A stretch of 64,000 nt of DNA from Antedon mediterranea (lineage: Eukaryota > Animalia > Echinodermata), in the NCBI RefSeq assembly GCF_964355755.1, contig NC_092675.1, forward strand, positions 17,518,912 to 17,582,911, read 5' to 3'. A program made the translations under genes and the position numbers. The notes under the pieces were generated by a model that had not been told where the DNA came from, ran no database searches, and saw only the letters and a list, made by a program, of their open reading frames with translations. Numbering within the stretch: the first letter of the stretch is position 1; every line of letters starts with the position of its first letter. This document shows, piece by piece, positions 50,901-62,900 of the stretch.

Positions 50901-53900
50901 AAATCTTTAGGAAGACCATTGACCCACCATTTTTTCAACTAATTTTGAAAGCTAATGAGTTGTTGATATGAATTCATGTAACTCGAAAAGTTGTCGGATG
51001 TCATCAAATGGCCACTCGAATAAAAAAAAAATGGATTTTTGTCTATTTCTTCATAGCTTATCGCATTTAATAGAACACATCTCGCTTATTCAATTTTCCC
51101 CCAGTTTTTTATATTGTCTAGGTTAATCAATTATCTTTCACATGAGTTACAACTAGTTTAATTTGGTTGACGTCATCACGTCAACCAATTTGAATAACGT
51201 GGGTCAATTATTTTCATCTTTACAGTCAATTTCAATATGTTATAGCTTGTCAGAATAAAAAGTGATACTCATGATTAAAACGTTTTCTGAAAGCTGTTGA
51301 AGTGTAGATAAGAATTCATGTAAACATTTTGACAATCTGATGTTGTGACGTCACCCAAATGGCCAGTTAAATAAAAAAAAGTCTGATTTTCATCTTTTGC
51401 GTCATAGTTCATCACATTTAAAGGAGCGCACATCTCGATTCTATGTATCAAAATTTCTTATGTTGTTGCTAAAACAATTATCTTACGAAAATGTTATCTT
51501 CATATTTAATTTTAATGACGTTATGTTAAACATTTGGGTCCAGTAATTTCAACTATGCTACACTGTATGTAGATATATACAGTATTATACTGTATATACT
51601 AGGCACAAAATATACAGAATTATTTAAATCAAAAATTTAGCACCACCATATTATTATCGAGTCATAAGTGTAATCTTTTTCTGTTTTCTAGCGTACGTGC
51701 ACATGGCGTTGTTGGTGCGGATAACTAACTCGTCAAAGTGACGAGTTCAAATCTAGTTAATAATTGTTCTATCTAAGTTTTTTGTTTTTAATATGTATGT
51801 ACAATATTTAATTTTCCTTGAATGCTTAATAAAGAAACTGAAACTTTTGTTGAATTTAACAAGTGTGTATGTGCTAAACATAGCAGGTAAAAATACTTCA
51901 CCTCAAAACTAATGATTACTGCTAACATTACAAAAATTAAGAACTCACCCTAGATTGTCCTATTTGGTAGTGCTTGGGGTCCAATTTCATCGACTTCAGA
52001 AACACTTGAATATCTTCTAAAGTTGATGATAAACCATTTTGAAGTAGGATTTTATAATATTGACAAAATTCCTGCAATAAAAAGAACATGTAGTTTCAAT
52101 AAGGAAGGAAAAGACATTGAAAACACATTGAAAAGGAGAGACATTTTAGAAAAAAAATTACCTCTTTTGTAAGTCTCACATTGTAACCTGATTGACGAAT
52201 GCGGACTGTCTCTAGCATACCAGTGTAGCGCAGTTGACGCATCACAAGTTCCTCATCCAGTTCGCATGGTTTCTTTTCCGAATTTGATTTGATACATCGA
52301 ACAAAAAATGGATTCGCTTGATTTAATGTTTCCATTAATCTATTTAGAGACAACTGATAAAGAGAGAATATATGGTATAAATTTGTTTTATTTTGTATAA
52401 AGTAGAAAATTATATACTATAGGTATTGATGGAGGAGACTTGAATTATAAATGGTTAAACAATGTTTTTATTATTATTTCTGTTGGTTACGTTTCCCTGC
52501 ACAGCATTGTTTGTCATCGTTTCGTGAACAAGGCCTATGTATTTTCAATGTATAGCCTTGTTATTACATATTTATTGATATGTGGCATTGGTGGAGGTTT
52601 GCGCGAGTGCTAACCCTAACCCTAGTTTTAAAATCATTCTAATGTAAATTCCTGGTTTTGAAATGAGATAATTGTTAAACTAAATGAAGTCACTTACTTG
52701 AAACTGAGCACTGACCGTTGGAGGTTGTTTCTTAGCACCAGATGTTCTCTTCCACCCACCACTGCTACGTCCGGCAACCTTTTTCAAGGATTTTAAATCT
52801 CTTAGTGCCTATAAAAACCAAATTTCAGATTACAATATAAATTATAAAAAAAATACAGAACAATAGTGTACAAATACATCAAACTTTATATTTAAATTAA
52901 AAGACTTTAATTAATTAACTGAAACACAAATCCAGTCACTAACTAACGGTAACTATTCCCAAATTCAATAACGTTCTGTAGCGCTCAAACACCAGATCTA
53001 GAATGCATATTAGAATTTGAATAAAAGTATTTATGTTTGTATTATGTAACACTTGCTTAAGGTCTTACCTTAACTTGCACTTGCGGTTTGAAAGATTTGC
53101 TTCGTCTGTCAATAAACAAAGTATAAACAGATTGATTAATATTAATCTCAGAAAAGTATAAAAATACATACATTAAAATTAGTATTACCAATCAACATAA
53201 CAATAAATCACATGAAACCTTTATTATAGTAATACATCAATCAACATTACATTAACATTAGATTAGTATATTCAATTACCATTAAATTATTTAAAACTTG
53301 CCTTTTAATTCTGTGTCCATTAAAATACCTAGTACTACCAGGTCAATAACTACTGACAAGTTTTGTCAGATATACAAGTTATTTGTACTCTCTCACAAAT
53401 TAGATGAAACAGCATGGAACTCATCATTAGAATGTGTAAATCTAATTATAAAGGAGTTTAAATAGAGTACTTACGTTGCAGGTTGGTATCTATACATTAA
53501 AAAATAGAAACATCCGCCACTTTTTACAGTTATAACACCAACAGCTACATGCATGTTAAGTACACGTCTCCAAGCTTAAAAAATACTAGTTGCCCTTGTG
53601 GTCTTTAGTAACAGCACATACTAAACATTACATAGATAGCCAATGTCCTAACATAACCAAACCAAAGTGGTAACTGATCATTTTGAGACTTATGCGCAAT
53701 ATTTGAGAGTAACTTTTGGCTAGTTTCTCAGGTGTGTATAAAACAAGCCTTCAGTGTGACAACTATTTCATTAATTGGTTTACCTGCTTTATTAGGTTTT
53801 TATACAAAGAAAGATCGTAAAATGACTTTGGTCTACAGTAAACTTCATTGTAAACAAATGCATTGGAGATGATGTAATTTTGCAGCTGCTCAATAGAACA

Positions 53901-56900
53901 CTACCTATAAACCCAAAGGTGTCATATCTGTCCAATTGGTTTATAGGCATTCTAATATTTATTTCCAATTGTAACCAATCTCCCTTTGGGAACACTACAG
54001 CCTATGCATTATTATATATCACTAAAGAATAATCTGAATATAATAATAAAGAGAATACTATATACTATACTTTAGACCTAAAGGTATGTTCACACTCAGG
54101 ATGTATGGTAATCTGTCTGGTTAAAAGTCAAGGTGTTCAGATAGAACCAAAAATATTTCAATGTCTTGAACATTTACATCCTTAAATTGATTTTTTTTTA
54201 AACTTAAATAATGTTACCTTTAAATATATTGTTGTTTTCTTACTACTTGCAGATGATAGTAATTTTAAGCATACTTATTACACACAAAATTGTCTGATCA
54301 ATTAATTTAATTTATAAAAATTATTTTGCCAAGGCCAACTATACTGTTCTTTAAAATTGAAAAACTTAAACCTGGCGTTTAGCTAATTCAAAAAGCTTAA
54401 AATGTTGTGGACGAATAACCTGTCTCCTGTAGTTTGGGAATAAGAATTACCATAAACAAGACAATAATACCACATGACATTTAAATCAAACAGAAAGTCT
54501 TAAGTTGGATTTTCGCCATACAAACCTTGGATTATCTTTTTATAGAACTAATACAATTTCTCCTAAAAAACATATATTTTTGTTTTATCAATGTAATTGC
54601 CATTGCCATGGCCTGTACAGTACCTATAATCTGTTTTTAAACTACATGGTTGCAAGCAAACTAAGGAAGCAAGAGAACGGTTTTAGAAAAAGGAATATAA
54701 CTGAAAAGTTTGTTTGAATACACACAGCAGTGTCTTGAATTTTTTTCAGAGTTTGCCTTATATAAATTAAACTTTGTGAACATAATATGTGGTATCAATG
54801 TTACAGGGTATCTTGTTCAGTGGTTTAGGTTCTGCAATTTGTGGGTTTGAATCCAATCAGAGAACATTTCATATGGTGAGGTTGCATTTAACTTTAAAAT
54901 AACAATAATGTAATGTAAAAATAATTTAAAGAGAAGAATTCCAAAAACATATTCCCCTGCAGACTTGCATTGGAATGCATTTCATGACGCAATTGTTATA
55001 ACATAGACATGACATCAAAACTACCTTATGAAACTAGACTGCAATCAACAATTATCAAGTTTATCAAAAGCACCTGTCACAAACAGATGTGTTTCACACC
55101 TGACTATTAATTACCTGGTTGCGTTTTAATAATATTATATATATCATTATATATTATAAAAGCTACAAACAGTATTTCTATACACTATTTCCTAAAATAA
55201 CAGTGTATCCTTCCATATCACTAAATTAATTTAGACATTATTTTTAACAAACCAGAATAACAAACAGTAAAAGTCACCTTGACAGCTTTGTTGTAACATT
55301 GCATGTTCATTGTAACATTGCATGTTCAGCTTTTGGTAAACATGTTAATTACTGTACTACTATTAAAAGATTCACAATATTTATAATGAATGTGGGCCTA
55401 TGTTTTTATATCAATAAATTCTGAAGTGTGTATCTAATCAGTCACTTATAACCCAGTATCATTTGGAGCTAGGAGGTAATCATTGATATCTAAATAGTTG
55501 ATGATAAATCTGATTTATTATAAATATATTTCCTGATGTATTTTGCAGGAGTATAACCTATTGTCCTGGCACAGCATGCTACTGACACTGAAGATCGCTG
55601 ATATCAAGTCAAAATCATTCACCTAGCTACAATATCCTTAACAATCATTTGACCAGCCCTATAATTAATAAGTTCAATTCAACAACAACAAAATTAGAAA
55701 CAAGTCAGAATAATATATAGTTGTGTCATCAGCAAAATATATGATGTTAAGTTTATTACAAGCAGTGTGGAGATCATCAAAATAAGAAAGTGTTACTGTT
55801 AGTGTTAGTCACACCTCTGTGCAATATTTATTTAAGAAAAACAGGTGGTTTTTTTTTTTAATAAATTGAAAAAAATAACTAAATGAGATAATTTTGTAAT
55901 TATTTTTGTGGTGTGTGGTGGGAAAAAGGTTGGTCTACGGTTGGGAGTTTTTTATTTCCTGTTTATTATCAAATCAATGATAAAAACAATTTCTTCTATA
56001 AGACTATGGACTATGGTTTTCTTACTGGATATGGAAGAAGTATAACATAAAAATATCAACAAATTTGAATTATTGTTATCACTTTACAAAATATTACGCA
56101 CAAATCAAAGTTTCAGGGGAAAATGGTAGCATACTATACTATATGGATTTATAAAGATCATAACAATAATTAGAGAAGTATACAAGTACATCTAGATTAT
56201 TCTAGGGAAAAGAAAACTTTTTAACAATTTCTTTCAACATTGTACTCTTGGAGCTATACGTACATAAATATGTAAATTATTCATAATTAAATTTTCCCAA
56301 AAAATCACTGTTTTAACGATTATTTCAGAATTCTTTTTCACGTTGCGATGAATACGATGTTGCCCTATGGTGATGGGTAAAATTTGGTAATTTGCATATT
56401 ATGTGACGCCATGGAGGCCATATTGAATCTTGTTTTTTCTTTCCAAATCAAGGATAAAAACTGCTTATTCGATTAGATATTTTTACGGAATCTTTTTTTA
56501 CCAATGGATAATAATCAAAAGTTTATAAAAAACTACACACATATCAAAGTTTTTAGGCAAAATCATAGAAATAATGAAATTAAAAAAAATCACTATAGAG
56601 AGTGCAAATTGAAATTTCAAGGCAATATTAAAAAGTATAGAGGGCGCATGTTGTGCTGGAAACTATTCTTAATGACTTGCAAATGTATTCGCGAAAATAT
56701 AAAGGGTGTTGGATAATATAGGCAAATTACATAATTCTCATACCCGGTAATACTGGGTATGCACAGTGCAACAACATTTTTTTACAGAGTGAAAGGGTTA
56801 ATGGTCCCAAAACTGATCCTCGAAGGACTCCCTGTTTAATACAGTTACATTTAATACACATAATAAGATGTAAACCAATCAAGGTTTAACAATAATACCT

Positions 56901-59900
56901 CCAATTTCATATGTGGGTAGTTTACAAAGAAGTAGTTGGTAGTAGATGACATTGAATGCTTTCGATAAATCAAGGAAAATGACGAGAAGGATTTGTTTAT
57001 TTTCAAAGGAATCTAAAATGTTACTTACTAATTCAATGACCGCATGTTCGGTTGTATGTTTCTCTAGTATTTTTGAAAAGATGGAGAGATTGGTCTACAA
57101 TTTGAAATTTAAATTTTGTTTCCTTTATAAATATTGGTAACTTTATATTAATAACTTTAGTTATTTTATGTTTTATCCATCCCGAAACAAGGTGGCGCCA
57201 GAGGGGATGAACTTTCACGCCCCTTTACGTCAAAGAAAATGTAATTGCAGATGTGTGCACATTTGTACAGGTATAGGGTCTATTTGTAATGACATTTCAC
57301 CTACCTTTGAAATTAGAAAATAGTAATCAGAGCAATTGCTATCCACAAGCACATCTTTCTGAATTCCATCAGAGGGACTTAAATGTAATATGAGCTACTG
57401 TTTTGTATTCAATGTTGACTACTTGATAACAGAAAAAGCTTCTTTAGACTTTAGAAGAGAGTATGGCAACTTACTTATTTGTACTTACATATAATGCGAA
57501 ATAAATATATTTTACCTTAAAAGTCCATGTCTCAATAAATGTCTCTAATTAAAGACCACATTTAAATAATAATACAACCTGATCCTAAAGCATATTTAGG
57601 ATTTTAAATTTAAAAATACTTACCTACATTTGTTTGGCCATTGTTAGACTGAGAATGAGTTGATGCAAACTACATTTGACGGTTAGTCCAGTAAAGATAA
57701 GTAAAAAATAGGGTGAACCTACAACAAATTGCAACAGAATTTGTTTTTTTTTGTCTGGTAAATATGGTTCATATCCAAAATTTCAATTTTCATGAGATTT
57801 TGTAAATGAGGAAACTTAATGATGGATATGTCATTTGAGCTGTATTATGACATCGCATTTACCATAGGTACATCATATGATAATTTAAATGATAATTGAA
57901 ACTTTTAATATCACATTTATATCTACTCTATTAATGCACACTCTAAAACCAATCGTTATGGAGATACGGGGCTTCAAAATGGTATAGTAAATAGTGGCCA
58001 TTTTGAATTGATGCTAATTAACCCCCTTCTTGAAGACCGATTTTGGTAAATTTTATCATGTTCATTTCAGTGGTAGATGGTAGAAAATTGTTTTCTTGCA
58101 GTTTATACATTTTAGAATAGGATAATGTCATTTAAGCAGTTACAACAAAATATATGACGTCACAACTACCTTATGACATCATAATTACCTCATATGGTGA
58201 ATTAAATGTGCTAATTGGGAAGTTTAATGTCACATTCATATCTACTCATAATGCACTTAGGTGGTCTAAATCCAACTGTTCAAGGAGATATGAGGCTTTA
58301 AAAAAAGCAAATGGCGGCTATTTTTAATTAATGCTAATTAACCCACTTCCCAATATCCAATTTTGGTAAACTTTGGATATGATATTCATTTAGACCATAT
58401 AAACAAGATAGAACAAAAAACAATTCTGTTGCAATTTGTTCTAGGTTCAACCATACTTTTACTGGACTAATTTTATCTTTTTGTTACAATTAACCATAAA
58501 ACGTACATTTAAAAAAAGACAAGGAGTAACCCAGTTTAATGTTTTTAAAGTAACATTTTTACAAAAATTTAGTAAAAATTGCAGGAAAAGTCAAATTATT
58601 CCATTGGTTTGAAAATCAAACATATTGGTAATACATCTGTATCTGACCAATCAAATTAAAGAAGAATTAAAGAAATTAAGACTTAATAATATAATACATG
58701 GGTTTCAAATTAATGTGAAATATTGATTCACATAAAATATGTTTTGTGGTATAAAAACCACAAAACATTAAAGAAAAAACAATTATTAGTCAGGATTATT
58801 GTGTTTTAAATCAACAAATTATTGCATTATTAAATTAATAAAGCATACAAACATAAATTTTATAATATGATTAAAACACTTGTTAGTAAGAAGAAAAGAA
58901 AATATTAAAGATGATAAAAAAGTATGTTTTTACAAATATTGATTGAATACAGTATATATCAACAGTGATGATGTAAAGTTTTTACAATATTGCTGATATG
59001 AATTTCATGCAAATTGTTAACCGATGCAAGATTGAGGCAATGCAAACAATAAATGAATTTACACATACCCTGGATATTATTACAAGTCATTGTTTATACC
59101 ACTACCCTGGATATTATTACAAGTCATTGTTTATACCACTACCCTGGATATTATTACAAGTCATTGTTTATACCACTACCCTGGATATTATTACAAGTCA
59201 TTGTTTATACCACTACCCTGGATATTATTATAAGTCATTGTTTATACCACTACCCTGGATATTATTATAAGTCATTGTTTATACCACTACCCTGGATATT
59301 ATTATAAGTCATTGTTTATACTGCTACCCTGGATATTATTACAAGTCATTGTTTATAGCACTACCCTGGATATTATTACAATACTGCTGCCCTGGATATT
59401 ATTAAAAGTCACTGTTTATACTGCTATACTGGATATTATTACAAGTTACTGTTTATACTGCTATCCTGGATATTATTACAAATCATTGTTTATACAGCTA
59501 CCCTGGATATTATTAAAAGTCAATGTTTATACCGCTACCCTGGATATTATTAAAAGTCAATGTTTATACCGCTACCCTGGATATTATTAAAAGTCAATGT
59601 TTATACCGCTACCCTGGATATTATTAAAGACATTGTTTATACGCTACTCTGGATATTATTACAGACATTGTTTATACCGCTACCCTGAATATTATTACAG
59701 ACATTGTTTATACCACTACCCTGGATATTATTACAAGTTATTGTTTATACCACTACCCTGGATATTTTTACAAGTCATTGTTTATACCGCTACCCTGGAT
59801 ATTATTACAAGTTATTGTTTACACCGCTACCCTAGATATTAATACAGACATTGTCCATATCTTAGGTTCTTTCACCACAATGTATTTTTGTTTTTTACCA

Positions 59901-62900
59901 AATTCCCAGGCTAACAAATAAATATGTACCCTGAATAAATTTGAATTGTATTATTTGTAAATACAGTAGAAACATGAAATGTATATTGTGCATATGATCT
60001 AAGGTTTTATTGAAAGAAATATTCTATTGTTTACTGCTAATAATCTTGAATATGATATAATTATTGGTACGATGTGTTATTTTTTGTATATACTATGATA
60101 CTAAATTGCAAGTTAGCATATAGAGTGTCAATTATATTTATATATTTAATATATTTAAATATATCCTAATTTAGCAGTAAAACTATTATGAGAATAATGG
60201 TGGTATAATGCTGTTATTTTGTGTATATATATATACAACCTACTTTAGCAATCGATCGGCCTCAACATAGTCATCACCGTACATAAGGCGCGCTTTCCAC
60301 GTGCCCATCCACTGCCTGAGAGTGGGGCTGAGGGGCTGTGTGTTAGCAGGGGAGGGGGCAAGCAGACGGTCATTAACCCATGAATCAGATGCATCAACAT
60401 GCAAATTTCCTTGACTGAAAAATTCACAAAAAAAAAACATGAAAATTAAATGAAAATCTGAAAAATGTCAGTATAAACATGAACATGAAAGCAGGTGAGT
60501 AATTGCTCAGTAAGATTAACTTCAGTTTGTATTAAATAACTTGAAATCATATCTATGCCGAAGTTAAGATTATTGAAATTTTTGAAAGTCTGGTTTTGGG
60601 GCAGAGAAAGAATGCCAAAATCTGTGATAATATGGACCAATAACATTACGTGTACATCTCCATTAGGAGGAGATTAAGCCAAACATGAGTGAAAGTACAG
60701 CAAATACATTAACCTTTGGCCTTAATGAAAGTCTCCATCATCGTACATTGTTTGCTTTTAATGTTATGATATTTTTTCTTTCTGTGTAAAAATAATTCGA
60801 CTTTGTGACTTGACTTATGTGACTTTATTAACCCAACATGTAGATATATATAATACATGGTAGGCTACAAACAATATGTTCTTTGTGTGTACTTTAGCCT
60901 CAGCGTAATTCATGTTATCAGGCAGTAAAACATAATATTACATAGCCTATGTAAATATGTGAACATGATTGTTGAAACTGCATCACATGACTACCGTGAG
61001 CGAGGATCGTAAATCGTATATATCCTCGAGTAATTTTCGCGTAATTATCGTGTCCCTGTCATTAAACATATCAAATCCAGCAAATTCTCGAGTACGATGA
61101 TATTGACTGTGTAATTTTCGTGTGGCAACACTCTCGTTTGGCGATAAATAAACAAAAGTCATCTACTGGGACTTGAACTCGCAATGATTTGTCACACCAT
61201 CACAAGACAACGTTTCATTCGTTGCGCCACGCAACTTGCTTGAAGAAATTAATCAACTAAACTATTTAAACTATGCATACATAGCGCCCTCATTTTTTAT
61301 TAGTCCTCCCTAGATGTGATGAAGGGTCGCTTGTAATTGGTTAATACTCACGGTAGTAACCTGTTACGCGCAACGCGGCGAACATCTAGTGATTCGGCTG
61401 GTCGAAGAAGACGAATTATTTGGCCTACCTGATAATAATATTATTATTGTTAATGTAGGCTTATTGATGGAAATTCTTCTGTTAATTTAAACGACCTAGG
61501 CCTATGTGAATATTTTATTGCCAAGGAATCATTAATTAGTAATTATCTGTATATTATTCTTCGTAAAGTAAGGTGAATGCAATGCCTAACTAGGCAGTCT
61601 TATTACAAGGAGGCCTAGCTACACTGGTCTTGCATTATACATGATGGTAATGTACTATGTCAATAATGTTTGCATGTTCAGATTTATGCAGAGATAATAA
61701 AAAAAAGTATCGATCTTCTCCCAATGGGGATGTACACGTACTAATATGTTAGTTAACTTGTTTTTCAATACTGAGCAATTATGACTAGAATTTAATATAT
61801 ATTAGCATATTAAAAAAAACACAAATCTGTGAATAAATGTTGAAATGAATACATGCATGGCTGTCACGGTTCAACAATTACATGAATTACTCTATCAACT
61901 ATTATGCCATGTATGACAGACATTCAATTTTCTTGGCAGCTTTCCAAGAAACTTACTTCATTTGTTTGAGCCATGTATAACACCTGGTTGCTGTGTACAA
62001 ACTGCTGCCATAGAAACAATTTAACATATATGAGTCACCATAGCAACAGCAACAAATTGGCTGCCATAGACAAAATTTAGCATAATATGCTGTCATCATA
62101 GCAACATTTCAAACAATTCAGCCACCACTTGAAATCTCCCACACTAATGTTTGTTTCTTTATTTTATGCATTTCTATGATTTTTTTTAAGCTACATGCAC
62201 CAGCTACCAAAATGCAAATAACAAATACGAATTTTTTTTTAAAGATTTTTCTACACAAATTTAAATATATTTATGGTGAATGTATTCTATTTGCAGTACA
62301 CTGCAGCATAATAGAAAACAACCATATTGTCAAATTTAGTTGATTAGTGATTAGAAAGTGAATTTTAACATGAAAAACCCAAATATTATCCAAATAAACT
62401 GAAAGTTAGTAAAAAAATTCAACCTGGGAAAAACCATGAAAACATTTTTTTTAATAGAAAAAAAATGATTTTTAAATAATTTTTGTCATTGATAAAATTA
62501 ATATTATAACATATTTGTATTGTATTGTAAAAACACAACACCAAGAAGTAATAGAGGAATATGATGATCCGTGATTACGATCTATGTTTACAAGCCAATT
62601 GGTGAACATAGCGTCTAAAACTATGCACAAATTTTAAACCAGGATTAGTTGATTGGTTTGTAAGCATATGCAGATCTCCATATTATCCTGTTGTGTTATA
62701 ATCTTTGATGTAGTGTCATGAAATAATACCATCATTTTGTGTGACATGCAGTCATTTTTATATCTAAAATTTTCAATTTTAATTTGAAAGAATAAAAAGT
62801 TGCTATTATGTGCAGCCGATGATTTTTTTTAAAGACTAGACAGGCATACAAATGCACCTTTTCAAATCAATAATATTGGCCTATTGTCACAACTGGAGTC

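Noticed and set aside
52610-52625. Telomeric repeat (CTAACC)n
   Set aside because: Only about two units at the end of a repeat remnant; too short to interpret.
57624-57669. Possible MYO9 exon with a strong AG|GTAAGT donor
   Set aside because: Both candidate acceptors give an in-frame TAG, and the phase-2 exit frame contains TAA; at best a poison exon, unsupported.
59066-59855. CRISPR-like array (37-bp repeats)
   Set aside because: Units are head-to-tail with no unique spacers, there are no cas genes, and the context is a eukaryotic intron.
61160-61240. Functional tRNA gene
   Set aside because: A/B boxes only; acceptor and anticodon stems do not pair.
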